Source: an uncultured bacterium
GTDB taxonomy: Bacteria; Margulisbacteria; Marinamargulisbacteria; SXXA01
DNA length: 64,000 bases
NCBI GenBank assembly: GCA_903864835.1
Contig: CAIPHK010000041.1
Coordinates: 25,693-89,692 of the forward strand
Reading direction: 5' to 3'
The position numbers were made by a program, and so were the translations under genes. This document shows positions 18,016 through 28,910 of the stretch, one piece after another; the first letter of the stretch is position 1; every line of letters starts with the position of its first letter. Below the pieces are notes generated by a model, which saw nothing but the letters and a program-made list of their open reading frames with translations, had not been told where the DNA came from and did not search any database.

Positions 18016-19134
18016 TTAACTCACCGAACACCCGCATCCCTGTGGCTGAGTCAACGAATTTAACATGGCTTTTTTCCCTGCTTTTAGCGACGGATTCGAC
18101 CACAACTGTGTAATCGCGGGACGCAGCATAGTGCAGGATTCTTGCCATATCGGATTCCCCACCAATTTCATACCCGCATCCTTAAAAACGAAGACAAGAT
18201 CCGACTCCAACGGTTTTAATTGTGCGGCGTCGGAATCAAGGAAATAATTCTTCACCATATCCAAAATGTCGGCCGCATGGCCCACGCAACTCAATCGCTT
18301 ATTTTCCGATAAAACAGCCTGATTCTGCTTGTAAAACGTGGTCATATTCTTCAATGTCGTTACCACCAGGTTGGCGGCCTGCCCGTCCTCCATCCGAATC
18401 GACATTTCGACAAAAAGGGACCCTGCGGTCAATGCCGACTCTGTCCACCGTTTTGTCTGACCCATGCAACACACGACCTCCTGGGTCCGACTCCGCCAAT
18501 CCGGAAGACGCGAATCCGCAAACGGCTCGCCATACACAAGGTCTTGCCGAATCCCAAGATCCACCAATTTAAGCCGATAATGCGCCGAATACGGCGTCAA
18601 CATCACAAATCGGGAATCAACGGATGGGAGCTCAGCCAAAGAAATCGCCTGTTGGTAAAAATGCCGCGCAAAATCGTAAGACTGAGCAGCAATGGTTCGA
18701 TCCGACCTCATCGCCAAATCACCATACTCCGAATAATTTAAACCCAGTTCAAAATATACGTCGGTCTGTAGCTCTGAAGATGCCGACCCCCACATCGGGC
18801 CATTCACGACGGGCAACAAACACTCAATCGCAGCCGTGGGGTTACCTTGACCCCGAGACGTCCTCGCGCTCTCTAGCGATTCTGCCGGGGAAATCGACCT
18901 AAATACCGGGGGCGGTACCACCGTCGCATAGAGCGGCGGGTTTACTTCTATTGGAGTAATATACGACGCCTTACCGACAAGGTCCCCCGAGGTGGTATCT
19001 TGTATCGCAATGGCGGTCGGGACCGGGTACATCCATTCCATTGGAGGTGCAGACGGCTCCGGGCTTCCTGACCACGTGCACGCAACACTCCTCTTCATAA
19101 GGCAATTAATTCCCATAATGAACCCTCCCAACAA
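18016..19134 (-). CDS. Hypothetical protein (372 aa)
   Basis: Long ORF between the 1,835-aa gene and gatC, same strand; no motif recognised. Confidence 0.5.
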   Translation of the reverse strand: MLGGFIMGINCLMKRSVACTWSGSPEPSAPPMEWMYPVPTAIAIQDTTSGDLVGKASYITPIEVNPPLYATVVPPPVFRSISPAESLESARTSRGQGNPTAAIECLLPVVNGPMWGSASSELQTDVYFELGLNYSEYGDLAMRSDRTIAAQSYDFARHFYQQAISLAELPSVDSRFVMLTPYSAHYRLKLVDLGIRQDLVYGEPFADSRLPDWRSRTQEVVCCMGQTKRWTESALTAGSLFVEMSIRMEDGQAANLVVTTLKNMTTFYKQNQAVLSENKRLSCVGHAADILDMVKNYFLDSDAAQLKPLESDLVFVFKDAGMKLVGNPIWQESCTMLRPAITQLWSNPSLKAGKKAMLNSLTQPQGCGCSVS

Positions 19135-19192
19135 AAGTTAAATGAGCTCGAAGTGTAATGGCTATTGGGAGAGGAATCTAGGAGTGCTTGAT

Positions 19193-22100
19193 CTAGAAAT
19201 TAATCGTCGCCTTAAACACCACCCCTGAAATCTCATAGCCAATTTGTTGAACCCCCGCCGCTGCACGGTCTTTATCATACGCATCCGTCACCCGCTTGAT
19301 CTGACCTTCACCCGTGATCGTTACATTTTCCAGATAGGGGTTACCCTTAAATGGCAGAATGATATTCAAGGTCAAGGACCCCATTTCAACGGTATCTTTA
19401 CGATCCACTACCGAATACCGAATTTGATCCCCCGTTCCTTTTTGGGTCTCCGTTTGCTGCAGCGTATTCAACGATTTCCCCCAGTTATCATCTCGGGTAT
19501 ACGTCATCGACACCTTAAAAATATCGGTCTGGATCGGCGAATAGCTCACCGACATTCGTCCAGAATATCCTCTACTTGAATTGCCCCCCTGGGTGTCTGT
19601 CAACCGAATCGAATAGTCATAACCGGTCGACAACCCGGGAAGTGGCCTAAATTCCGCCCCCACCGATCCCACCTTTTCGGTATACACCGCGCCCGATGTA
19701 TTTACAGTCGTGGTGAACTGATCGTTCAATCTAGATAATGACGCTGATCCCCGAAAACTGATAAATGAAAAGGGCGTCAACGTGGCCCCCAACGACCCCG
19801 CATATTTTCTCTGAAATATATGATCGGTAAATAATGTCCCGTTGGTCCGAACCTCAGCGGACTGCAGCTCCTCAATATTTAAGTTTAAACTGGGGGATCG
19901 ATATTGGTTTGACTGGGTGAATGACGCATTTCCATTCAATGCCAAAAATGAAAATGGCGAATACCCTACCGCCACGTTCAAACTTTCTGAAATGCGGTGA
20001 GTCAGACCCGTATTAGCCTGCGACAAGTTTCGACTTAAGGTATCCCGGGTCATCCGTCCCGCCCCTGAAATACTGATCAAATTCAACGGGTTTAACGCCA
20101 CATCCAGGCCCAGAGAATATTGATCCGTATTGTCTTGGGACACACTGCGTGTCACGACGTCACCAAACACTTGATCCACTTGTTGAAAACTGACTGCACG
20201 ATAGATGCTTTCATCTACCCCCGCCCGAAAAGTCCCCAAATTCAGCATAAAAATTGTCGGTATTCCAATCATAATCGCGCCAGGATCAAACGATAGATTT
20301 TGAACTCGGCGATCAAAGGGACTCTCCATCAATGTTTTATTGCTCGTTGCCGAATCCGCAGTTATATCGAATCGTTGGGATTCCCTCTTATAATCCAAAC
20401 TAAGCCCGTAAGAAAATTTATCCAATAAAAAAATGGGCGGGCGAATATCCAATTTGCCTGACAATGACCGATAGGTCCGAGAGCTCGAATTTTGGGAGGC
20501 AGTCTGGGTTTGGGCATCATCCACGGAATTGTTGAGGTCCATCGTGTACCCGATTCGACTCAGAGACACCCCTGGCACTGGCGAAAACGCGTTATACGCC
20601 ACCGTTTGGCTATTGTTGTTGATCCGCTTTAAATCGTCGTTTTCTCGCGACTCTGTTTTCCCATAGCTGTAGGTCAAAAACGACCCCCTCAATACGCCGA
20701 CCAGCAGATTGTCGTCGCTCAACCCTAAATAAGTTAATAACCCCGGCGGTGAAAATGTACTCACTTGATATCGGACATCGTTCGACAGTTGCCCCTTTTG
20801 ACCCGACAGCGGGCTAAACCGTTCAGAATTGGACAACGACCCACCGATATTCAACCACCCATAGGGCCGATACGACGTATCCACCCGGTAATTCGTCACT
20901 CGATTCGGGGTGCCGGATACGTCGTTGGAAATCGAATTTTGTTCCTCTGTCGAAAAATCCATCCCGCCATCCATCATTGGAAGCGGTTGAAATCTCGATC
21001 CTACTCCGATCTTACGGGAAAACGAGCGGTTAATGGTTTGAAGATTCGTCGCCGACGTCAGCGCCCGGACGGTGGTCTGGGCATATTCAAAATTGGGGCG
21101 GACACTCGTATCCCCCAGCACCAACAACCGATTCAACTTCAACTCGGTCGACAATTGATAGGAATCGGTTTCTGTATTTCGACGATCAAATCCGTCCAAC
21201 ACCCCAGACACCGATTTTGAAAAACTACGATTAAACAAGTATCGAGCCCCCCCCGCCGAAAACCCAATACCCGTATCCCAGGACATGCTGGCGGCGTCAT
21301 CCACATAGATATTCCCCGTTGCGCCGTCTACCGACGGGTCGGAATAACTCATGTTGTATCGAAACGTTTGGCTAAAATCGATCGCATTAAACCAAAGCAT
21401 TTTGGCGCGAATCCCTAAGTCATCGGTGTGTTTATACAAATTGTCTTTGACGCCTGCGGGCGGTAAATATTGCTCAAATCGACGGTATTCCGCCGAAATC
21501 CATTGATTCTCCGCCCGCCGGTAGTCGATCCCCCCACCGAATGACACCGTCCCCCGTGGCGCTTGAATCGGCGAAATTGGAGAAAAATCTTTGTCCACCG
21601 CCTTGATATCCCCCCGAATCGTCCATGGCCCGTCCTGAAACTGCGTCGCCACTTTTGACGCAAAACGATACCCCTTCGACGCACCGGCCCGGGTCTGTCC
21701 ATTGGGATCAATATATTTAAACTGAACCCGAATTTTATCTGTTGCTACCGGATTTAAATTGATAAATCGAAACGTCCCATTCACATAGTTAATGGAGTAG
21801 TTTTGGTCTCGAGTTTGCGGTCTGTCATTCAAAAAAACCAGTTCTGAATTCTCGATAATATTGCGAAATCCCAAACTGTAGGTTGCCGCGCCGCCCTGGC
21901 CCGCCCCAACAAATTCGGTCTGTAATTGCTCCCGAGTCAGGTTGTTTTCAGCCCCAGATAATTCGGTATCCACTCGCCACGATTTGGACAACTGAGCCCC
22001 TAAGGTCAATCCAAATTGACGCTGCGAGATCGTACCGGCATCGGGCACAGATTCGGGGGCATGATCATACGTGATCATGATTCTTTGGCCGGACGCCGGA

Positions 22101-24700
22101 TAACTATCCAAATACCGCTGGGCGGTCCAGTTGGGGTCAATATCTCCCTTTTTGAAAAACTTGATACTCACAAGATCGTCGCCATCAGCCCCATAATTAA
22201 CGATATAGTCTCGGCTCACAGTTAACGGGACATACTCGCTGGTCACGCTATCAAAAAGTCGCACAGTCTTCATTCCATTAAATCGAATAGGCACATCGGT
22301 GGGATTAAACGCAGGCGAATGATTCACATATTCGCTCACCCCCACGCCTGCCCCTTGGAAAATGTAGGTCGTCTGATAACTTTTTCGGAATTGGTACGAT
22401 ACCGCCGCAGGGCTACTCCCCACCGTCGAATTAACCGTAAATAGGCCGGTGTACGAATCGACTGAAAAGGTATTGGGTTCGGTCACATTTCCAGACACGT
22501 AGGTAAACAGCTGCCCATTCACGGTCAAAATAATTTTATCCGGATTCGCAATCGGGTTATTGACCACAGTGAAGGAATTGCCGGAAAACGTGACATTTTC
22601 AGAACTCACCGAGACCAGAAGCTCATCTTCTTGGCCCTTAGCGTATTCATCGAGGTAGGTCACCCCAAAATTGATCGGCGAACCTGAGGTACTGCCTGAG
22701 GTACCAACGGTATCCATCCGAACTACCCGATATTTCACGGTGATAATCGTCGGATATTTAATCGGATAGAAAAATTCCAATTTACCTTCGGCATCGTTCA
22801 ACGTGTAGTCCACCGTTGAGTTCAACACATTTCGGTCGTAAATGACGACTTCCGAATCGTCCAACACGTCGGTATTACTCAATGAATACGGGCCCCTGGA
22901 ATCCTGCCCAATCAAATCGTCAGTGACTTCGAACGTGTCATAGCTGGAGTAATTTACCGTCACCGAATCCCCCACCCCCAATGGCCGCTTAACAAAAACC
23001 AACTTTCCTTTCCGGGCCCGAACCACATAGTCCAAATTGCGCCGCAACGTCACTCCGTTCAAAATCACCTCATCGGATCCCAGCACGATCGCGTTCGACT
23101 TCAGGTCGATATTCATCGTACCGATCCAACTCTGATTCGATGATGCCGTCACATTAAAGGGCTCGGTGGTTCTTACCAACCGTGGCACTTTCTCCAGCAC
23201 TTCGGTGGCTTTCCAGACGTATTGAGCTCCCAAAAAATTCTTTCGTGACAACACCGGAATAAAGTCTTCAATGGGGTTTGTAAATTCATACACAATTTCA
23301 ATGTGATCCGACGGGCCCTTCACCGTATTGAACTTCACGACCCCATCAAAATAGTTGACGACATAGTCTCGCCCTTCAGATTGGGGGGCATTGTTCACCC
23401 ATACTCTGACCGAATCGTTCAGGAGGGATCGAACCCCCACGTTATAGTCGCGCAGTCCATTTCCATCCGACTCAAATTTTTTGGGTTCCGACCGTTGCTT
23501 TCCTGCGGCAAAAATAATATTCCAATTGGGATCCGAATTGGTGTACCGAACCCCGTTTAATGATTTCCGATAGTTAATGAACTCCCCATTTTTAAACTCC
23601 GCATCCAAGTGAAAAAAGGTGAGATCCTGCTTTTGATATTTCACTGCAACATCGTATTTTCCCGGGAAATCCGGCTCTTGTTCGATGTCATAATGAACCG
23701 ACAAATCATCCGCCAACTTCCCGTCGATATTAAACCGAAACCTCATGTCAAATTTGGGACTCCCTAACAATACGTCGCTCGGCAATTTGGTATACACCGG
23801 GTCCCGCTGAATCATTCCCCACCGGTTATCCGTCGCCGACAATTCTCCCAATTTGGGGCTGTAATCTCGTCCGCTAATCTTCATTTCATAAAACCCATCC
23901 ACGTCCAATTGGGGATACCGACTACTGGGCCGTGGGGGGAACCGAAATACCTCATCAATCGAGGGGCGATAGGTATATACCGGGCGGGTCCGAAATAGAT
24001 GCCGACTCACTGTTGGCGAGCCGGGGCCAGCCGATGCCGTCGGTAATTTCATTGAGTCGATCGTCTCTGAACGCGGGATATCCGTGTCCAAAAATTGGCG
24101 GATTTTAGATGATGCAAAGTTAGTCGTCGTCACGGAGGTTTCCGTTGGGACTTGAGGACTCGGCGTCGCCACCAACATATCCAACTTTGGAACGGGAGTG
24201 AGTGTCGGTGTTGCTGTCGGAACCTCGACGGTATTTTCAGTCACTAATACCGGGCCACTGGTCGGAATCTCCGCCGCCACAATTGCATTTTCTGTCGGCA
24301 ATAAGGAATTGGGCGTCACGTCAACTCGGTTGATCTCCGCTATTTCCGCCACGACATCAAGCACCGGTTCAAGAACCGCTGCCGGAACCACCATTCCCAA
24401 CAATGTAATCGGCGGCGGAATAACACCCTCGTACGGTACGGTTGCCGACCTAAGTACCCACACCCGAAAATCGTCATAGGTTATGACCTGAAAAAAAGTT
24501 TCGTTCCCAGTTACCACTTCAAATATCGTGCCAGAAAATGCCGAATATTTAATCGCCGCAGTTTCGTCCGGTGCCACTCGAAATACAGCGGATTGACTCC
24601 CAATTTGGACATACGTGGTCGCCGCGATGCTAACGGCGAAAACGCCAACCAGAAGAACAGTCATCAGGGCAACGATGGTTCGGACTATTGGGGAACCCAT
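19193..24700 (-). CDS. Large beta-rich envelope protein (1,835 aa) with N-terminal hydrophobic signal/anchor; outer-membrane barrel-like or TamB/SprA-class, function unknown
   Basis: N-terminus IVRTIVALMTVLLVGVFAVSIAA is hydrophobic; long Ser/Thr/Asn/Tyr/Gly-rich body with alternating patterns; C-terminal residue Phe (..KATINF). Start may be at 24664 instead. Confidence 0.6.
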   Translation of the reverse strand: MGSPIVRTIVALMTVLLVGVFAVSIAATTYVQIGSQSAVFRVAPDETAAIKYSAFSGTIFEVVTGNETFFQVITYDDFRVWVLRSATVPYEGVIPPPITLLGMVVPAAVLEPVLDVVAEIAEINRVDVTPNSLLPTENAIVAAEIPTSGPVLVTENTVEVPTATPTLTPVPKLDMLVATPSPQVPTETSVTTTNFASSKIRQFLDTDIPRSETIDSMKLPTASAGPGSPTVSRHLFRTRPVYTYRPSIDEVFRFPPRPSSRYPQLDVDGFYEMKISGRDYSPKLGELSATDNRWGMIQRDPVYTKLPSDVLLGSPKFDMRFRFNIDGKLADDLSVHYDIEQEPDFPGKYDVAVKYQKQDLTFFHLDAEFKNGEFINYRKSLNGVRYTNSDPNWNIIFAAGKQRSEPKKFESDGNGLRDYNVGVRSLLNDSVRVWVNNAPQSEGRDYVVNYFDGVVKFNTVKGPSDHIEIVYEFTNPIEDFIPVLSRKNFLGAQYVWKATEVLEKVPRLVRTTEPFNVTASSNQSWIGTMNIDLKSNAIVLGSDEVILNGVTLRRNLDYVVRARKGKLVFVKRPLGVGDSVTVNYSSYDTFEVTDDLIGQDSRGPYSLSNTDVLDDSEVVIYDRNVLNSTVDYTLNDAEGKLEFFYPIKYPTIITVKYRVVRMDTVGTSGSTSGSPINFGVTYLDEYAKGQEDELLVSVSSENVTFSGNSFTVVNNPIANPDKIILTVNGQLFTYVSGNVTEPNTFSVDSYTGLFTVNSTVGSSPAAVSYQFRKSYQTTYIFQGAGVGVSEYVNHSPAFNPTDVPIRFNGMKTVRLFDSVTSEYVPLTVSRDYIVNYGADGDDLVSIKFFKKGDIDPNWTAQRYLDSYPASGQRIMITYDHAPESVPDAGTISQRQFGLTLGAQLSKSWRVDTELSGAENNLTREQLQTEFVGAGQGGAATYSLGFRNIIENSELVFLNDRPQTRDQNYSINYVNGTFRFINLNPVATDKIRVQFKYIDPNGQTRAGASKGYRFASKVATQFQDGPWTIRGDIKAVDKDFSPISPIQAPRGTVSFGGGIDYRRAENQWISAEYRRFEQYLPPAGVKDNLYKHTDDLGIRAKMLWFNAIDFSQTFRYNMSYSDPSVDGATGNIYVDDAASMSWDTGIGFSAGGARYLFNRSFSKSVSGVLDGFDRRNTETDSYQLSTELKLNRLLVLGDTSVRPNFEYAQTTVRALTSATNLQTINRSFSRKIGVGSRFQPLPMMDGGMDFSTEEQNSISNDVSGTPNRVTNYRVDTSYRPYGWLNIGGSLSNSERFSPLSGQKGQLSNDVRYQVSTFSPPGLLTYLGLSDDNLLVGVLRGSFLTYSYGKTESRENDDLKRINNNSQTVAYNAFSPVPGVSLSRIGYTMDLNNSVDDAQTQTASQNSSSRTYRSLSGKLDIRPPIFLLDKFSYGLSLDYKRESQRFDITADSATSNKTLMESPFDRRVQNLSFDPGAIMIGIPTIFMLNLGTFRAGVDESIYRAVSFQQVDQVFGDVVTRSVSQDNTDQYSLGLDVALNPLNLISISGAGRMTRDTLSRNLSQANTGLTHRISESLNVAVGYSPFSFLALNGNASFTQSNQYRSPSLNLNIEELQSAEVRTNGTLFTDHIFQRKYAGSLGATLTPFSFISFRGSASLSRLNDQFTTTVNTSGAVYTEKVGSVGAEFRPLPGLSTGYDYSIRLTDTQGGNSSRGYSGRMSVSYSPIQTDIFKVSMTYTRDDNWGKSLNTLQQTETQKGTGDQIRYSVVDRKDTVEMGSLTLNIILPFKGNPYLENVTITGEGQIKRVTDAYDKDRAAAGVQQIGYEISGVVFKATINF

Positions 24701-25788
24701 AACAGCATTGCGTCTCCGTAACTGTAGAATCGGTACCCCCGGGAAATCGCCTCTGCATAGCCAGACTTGATCCGTTCAATTCCCATTAACGCCGAAACCA
24801 AAACCAAAAGAGACGACCGTGGCAGGTGGAAATTGGTAATCAACCCGTCAATAACATGGACCGTCGACCCGGGTCGCAAAAATAACGCCGTCGACCCCGC
24901 CCCCGCGCGAATCTCGTTAGAGGCCCACGCCGACTCCAAGCACCGCGTCACCGTTGTCCCCACCGCAATGACCCGACGGCCCTCTTTTTTCGCCCGCGTC
25001 ACACAGGCCGCCGTGTCCTCTGATATGAAGTACGACTCCTCATGCATCCGGTGATCGTCCAAATTAGTGACCGAAATCGGCTTAAACGTTCCATATCCAA
25101 CGTGAAGCGTAATGGTGCAAAGTGTCACCCCCATCGCGCGGAGCCGGTCGAGCAATTCGTCTGTAAAATGCAACCCCGCTGTGGGCGCAGCCACTGCGCC
25201 CGGCATCCGCGCAACCACAGTTTGATAGCGTTCCAAATCACTGGCATGGGCCACCCCATTTCGAATATATGGAGGAAGGGGCACCTGACCTACCCTTTCG
25301 AGGGCCTCTGCCCACGGAAGCGACGTCATGACCCGTACCCGATGCAAGGGCGCTGAGTGATCCGATGAGCTCACCATATTTTTTTGAATAATTCGTACCG
25401 ATACCTCGGACGAAATGACCACGTCGTCTCCTTCCGATACCCGTTTTGCGGGTCGAAGCAAGGCCAACCAATCGTCATCCGGCAGCCGCTCAACCAATAA
25501 AATTTCCACCCGCCCGCCACTGGGCCGAGTCCCCATCAAGCGGGCATTAATTACTCGGGTGTCATTCATCACAATCACATCTCCCGCCTGCACGAGGTCG
25601 GGCAAATCATAAAAATGCCGATGGAATTGCCCCTCATTAGACAAGACCATTAAGCGGCTATGATCCCTCGGCACAACAGGGACTTGTGCAATTGCATGGT
25701 CCGGGAGTTCAAATTCAAAATCAGAGAGTTGCAGCCACCGTCTCCTGGATAATCGTGCCCATCGCTGCCACCCACTCGGGGCCATCAT
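24685..25788 (-). CDS. queA: S-adenosylmethionine:tRNA ribosyltransferase-isomerase
   Basis: QueA-like sequence (LSDFEFELPD, LPPYI). The listed start overlaps the hemH 3' end by 68 nt, so the true start may be internal. Confidence 0.85.
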   Translation of the reverse strand: MMAPSGWQRWARLSRRRWLQLSDFEFELPDHAIAQVPVVPRDHSRLMVLSNEGQFHRHFYDLPDLVQAGDVIVMNDTRVINARLMGTRPSGGRVEILLVERLPDDDWLALLRPAKRVSEGDDVVISSEVSVRIIQKNMVSSSDHSAPLHRVRVMTSLPWAEALERVGQVPLPPYIRNGVAHASDLERYQTVVARMPGAVAAPTAGLHFTDELLDRLRAMGVTLCTITLHVGYGTFKPISVTNLDDHRMHEESYFISEDTAACVTRAKKEGRRVIAVGTTVTRCLESAWASNEIRAGAGSTALFLRPGSTVHVIDGLITNFHLPRSSLLVLVSALMGIERIKSGYAEAISRGYRFYSYGDAMLLWVPQ

Positions 25789-26737
25789 TCAAACACGGAA
25801 TCATTTGCAATTCAGTGCCACCTGCCACCAAAAATTGAGCGCGCCCGCGATCTCCGATTTCTTCGATGGTTTCTAAACAATCCGCAACAAATGCCGGACA
25901 CACCACCCCCAACCGCTTTACCCCACGCGCCGCCAATTCGGGAATCACCGCATCCGTAAATGGGGTCAGCCACGGGTCTTTACCCAATCGCGATTGAAAC
26001 GACAAGGACCATTGATCACTCGAAAGACCCAAGGTATCGACCACACGTTGCGTGGTGATTCGTACTTGATGCCGATAACAGGTGTCATGCGCCACCGACT
26101 TCCGGTCACAGCAGCCCTCGGTCATACAATGGCTCCCGGTAGGATCTGTTTTTTTAAGGTGGCGCTCAGGAAGCCCATGATAACTAAATAAGACATGGTC
26201 CACGTCCAATAGAACCGGCCGAATCTGATCCGCCAACGCCGCAATATATAGGGGATGCGAAAAAAATGGTGGAACAACGGATTTCCCCACCCCTGGGGCC
26301 AGTCGGGCCATCACGGATTCAAATTCAACCACGACAGTCGTGACGCTGGACATCGCGTAATGTGGATACATCGGAACCAGAACAATTCGATCGACTCCCA
26401 TCGCCACTAGTTCGGCGACACCCGACTCAATCGATGGACTCCCATACCGCATCGCCAACGCGATCGGACCCGTCATACTGTCCTTTAATGCGGCACAAAA
26501 TCGACGACTAATTGTTACTAAAGGCGATCCCTCTGCCGTCCAAATACTCCGATACGCCTCTGCGGAGGCATGGGGACGCGAGGGCAAAATTCCGAATTCC
26601 ACGACCAAAAAACGAAGCCACACGGGGATATCCAAGACAAATGGATCCATCAAAAATTGGCGTAAATACCGCCGCACATCTTTGACGGCAGGCGAGTCTG
26701 GCGACCCTAAATTGGCGATTAAAATACCGGTTGTCAT
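25721..26737 (-). CDS. hemH: Ferrochelatase
   Basis: Ferrochelatase motifs LFSYHGLPE and VVCPAFVADCLETIEEI; 338 aa. Confidence 0.85.
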   Translation of the reverse strand: MTTGILIANLGSPDSPAVKDVRRYLRQFLMDPFVLDIPVWLRFLVVEFGILPSRPHASAEAYRSIWTAEGSPLVTISRRFCAALKDSMTGPIALAMRYGSPSIESGVAELVAMGVDRIVLVPMYPHYAMSSVTTVVVEFESVMARLAPGVGKSVVPPFFSHPLYIAALADQIRPVLLDVDHVLFSYHGLPERHLKKTDPTGSHCMTEGCCDRKSVAHDTCYRHQVRITTQRVVDTLGLSSDQWSLSFQSRLGKDPWLTPFTDAVIPELAARGVKRLGVVCPAFVADCLETIEEIGDRGRAQFLVAGGTELQMIPCLNDGPEWVAAMGTIIQETVAATL

Positions 26738-26820
26738 AGGGGTAATTTACCAGAGTATCCACGACCCAACCAATTCAATTATTTAATCAATGTCACATTT
26801 AATGTAATTTAAATAATACA

Positions 26821-27405
26821 ATGACAAAAAAAACGCTATTAATATGGGGGACGGTTGCCATCTTGGGGCTTGGAATAGGGATTCGACTCGCCTTGCCTCC
26901 CCAGTCACCGTCCCCCCTATCGACGCGCCCCATTTCACGGGTATCCCTCACCCCCAAGCTCACCCCCGCACCGGTCATGATCCAAGTACAAGTGTCCGGC
27001 GAAGTCGCTAAGCCGGGAGTATTTTCGGTCCCCAAAGGAACCCGGGTTCAAGAAGTCATTGCGCTGGCCGGCGGATCATTTTCCGGCGCCGACGACCGCG
27101 CCATCAACTATTCAGGGAAGCTCCGTGACGGCCAGCACATCCATATTCCCCCGCGTAAGACCCCGCGTCTTTCCCGACATAAAACCGAGCGTCCCAGTCC
27201 CTCGGACTTCAATATCAACACAGCGTCGGCTCGGGATCTGGTGGACCATTTTGATATTTCAAAAAAAAGCGCCACCACGATTGTCCGCTATCGTTCCCGA
27301 ATGGGGTGGATCCAAAGTGAGGACGAACTTGCCTCACTCTCGGATCTCCCCACGAAGGACCGGTCGAAATTTAGTTCTGGTTCCCCAACCAGTTTCCGAC
27401 GCTAA
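26821..27405 (+). CDS. comEA: ComEA-like DNA-binding protein (helix-hairpin-helix)
   Basis: N-terminal membrane anchor, SLBB-like segment, then C-terminal INTASARDL helix-hairpin-helix typical of ComEA. Confidence 0.6.
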   Translation: MTKKTLLIWGTVAILGLGIGIRLALPPQSPSPLSTRPISRVSLTPKLTPAPVMIQVQVSGEVAKPGVFSVPKGTRVQEVIALAGGSFSGADDRAINYSGKLRDGQHIHIPPRKTPRLSRHKTERPSPSDFNINTASARDLVDHFDISKKSATTIVRYRSRMGWIQSEDELASLSDLPTKDRSKFSSGSPTSFRR

Positions 27406-28123
27406 GATCGATTTGCTGCGACGCATCCCGATCTGTAAGCATCATCCAATTTCCCTGAGCGGAATAACTCATCCCACGTTGGTCCACCCAGAAATCTCCG
27501 CCGCCCATATCGAAGAACTCCAGAAATGAGGTCCGAGAAAAGTCCAACTTTCCCGTTACCGCCGTCATATCCGCTTGAGTCCAATTCGACGCATTGGGGG
27601 TCTCTGTCACGTCGTACCAGACGGTCAACCGATAATTTGAGTTCTTCTCAACATCGGCCTTCAAAAGTGTCGGAAGACGATAGCTCGCGATGTAGCCCCG
27701 GTCCGTGATCTCCTCCGTTGTCCCCAACGTCGCGATCATTGTCCCATTGGTTCCCTCTACCGGTGTTTTATGGCCGCTACTGTTAAAAAACAAATCATTC
27801 CATCCATTTCGGGTCGGTTTCCCAACTTGAAACAATCCAATTTTCCAAGTTCCAGGAACGATATTGCCATTCCCATCCCGAGGAACAACCTGTGCAATAC
27901 GACCTGAAAGAGTGACCCGTCCATTCAACAGCACTGTCCAAGGGGACACTGTTCCCACCTTAAAACTGGTTCTGCTGTCTTTGCCTTGCCACACAACCTG
28001 ACCCGTTTTCTTATCGACCAACAACGGCGCTACATTGATTTCGTAACTGCCGTCATAATTGTCATCCGACGTCCCATGAATCGTTGCAGAAAGCGCGGAC
28101 CTTAACTGAACTGAGTTTGCCAC
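27371..28123 (-). CDS. Hypothetical beta-rich protein (250 aa)
   Basis: ORF only; no motif recognised. Confidence 0.45.
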   Translation of the reverse strand: MANSVQLRSALSATIHGTSDDNYDGSYEINVAPLLVDKKTGQVVWQGKDSRTSFKVGTVSPWTVLLNGRVTLSGRIAQVVPRDGNGNIVPGTWKIGLFQVGKPTRNGWNDLFFNSSGHKTPVEGTNGTMIATLGTTEEITDRGYIASYRLPTLLKADVEKNSNYRLTVWYDVTETPNASNWTQADMTAVTGKLDFSRTSFLEFFDMGGGDFWVDQRGMSYSAQGNWMMLTDRDASQQIDLSVGNWLGNQN

Positions 28124-28193
28124 AATAAACCGTCCTTCTTGCCAGCTGCTCCAAAGATTTTTGTATTTGTATCCTTCTCCCTCATGATCCCAA

Positions 28194-28910
28194 CTAATTC
28201 CACGCGATGATGGGTCGAACCGTCGCTCTTCCGGGTTCCAACGGAAATACTTGCGGTTCGAATTCCCGATCCCAGCCCTGAGTCGCGACCGCCTTCATAT
28301 CCATCCCTTTAGGCGACACGAACTCAATTTCCGACGGTGAAAATTTAATAATCCGAATTTGCTGTGACGCTAAAATTCCGCCCGACCCGTTCAATACCCG
28401 AATGGTCGCAAGCCCCGATACATAGTCGGTCACATAGGTGCCACTCATATCTCCCGAGTTGGACCAAGGCGAAATTCGCCAACGGGCATCCGATCCGGGC
28501 TGAAACGGTTCGTCACTCTTAATCGACGATTTGATCGCCGAATTAAACGATCGAATACCGGCCGTCACCGAGCCCATAATACGGGCCATTACACTTTGCT
28601 TCGCGCTCGCAATAGACGCTCCAGAATCCGGTATACTTTGCGGAGAAGAGCCCCCTCGATCCCCACCATTTTCTTCTCTTACAAAATCAACCGTATGAAA
28701 TTCACCGCCCCCAATGGGATAAACAAGCACCACCCGAGCCGCTTGGGAAAGATCCGTTCCATAAATCCCAACCTCGGCGTCAATCGCTGATACCAACTCA
28801 TAGTGGGCGCTCGTCTGAACCGGCCGATACGTGGTCATCGAGTTCAATCGTGTTTCGGTGATGTACACCACGTTACTTCGGAGATCGACAAACTTGATCC
28901 GGCTCAACAT
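28194..28910 (-). CDS. Hypothetical protein (238 aa)
   Basis: ORF only; start overlaps the stop of the upstream 128-aa gene. Confidence 0.45.
   Translation of the reverse strand: MLSRIKFVDLRSNVVYITETRLNSMTTYRPVQTSAHYELVSAIDAEVGIYGTDLSQAARVVLVYPIGGGEFHTVDFVREENGGDRGGSSPQSIPDSGASIASAKQSVMARIMGSVTAGIRSFNSAIKSSIKSDEPFQPGSDARWRISPWSNSGDMSGTYVTDYVSGLATIRVLNGSGGILASQQIRIIKFSPSEIEFVSPKGMDMKAVATQGWDREFEPQVFPLEPGRATVRPIIAWN

Noticed and set aside
14708-25788. Long N-terminal extensions given by the track for gatB, gatA and queA, and similarly for rfbF, rfbG, the GT2 at 45638-46660, the lipoprotein and the 55921 AAA gene
   Set aside because: Internal start codons give canonical N-termini and produce the 1-4 nt stop/start overlaps typical of coupled operon genes; the extensions would create long gene overlaps.
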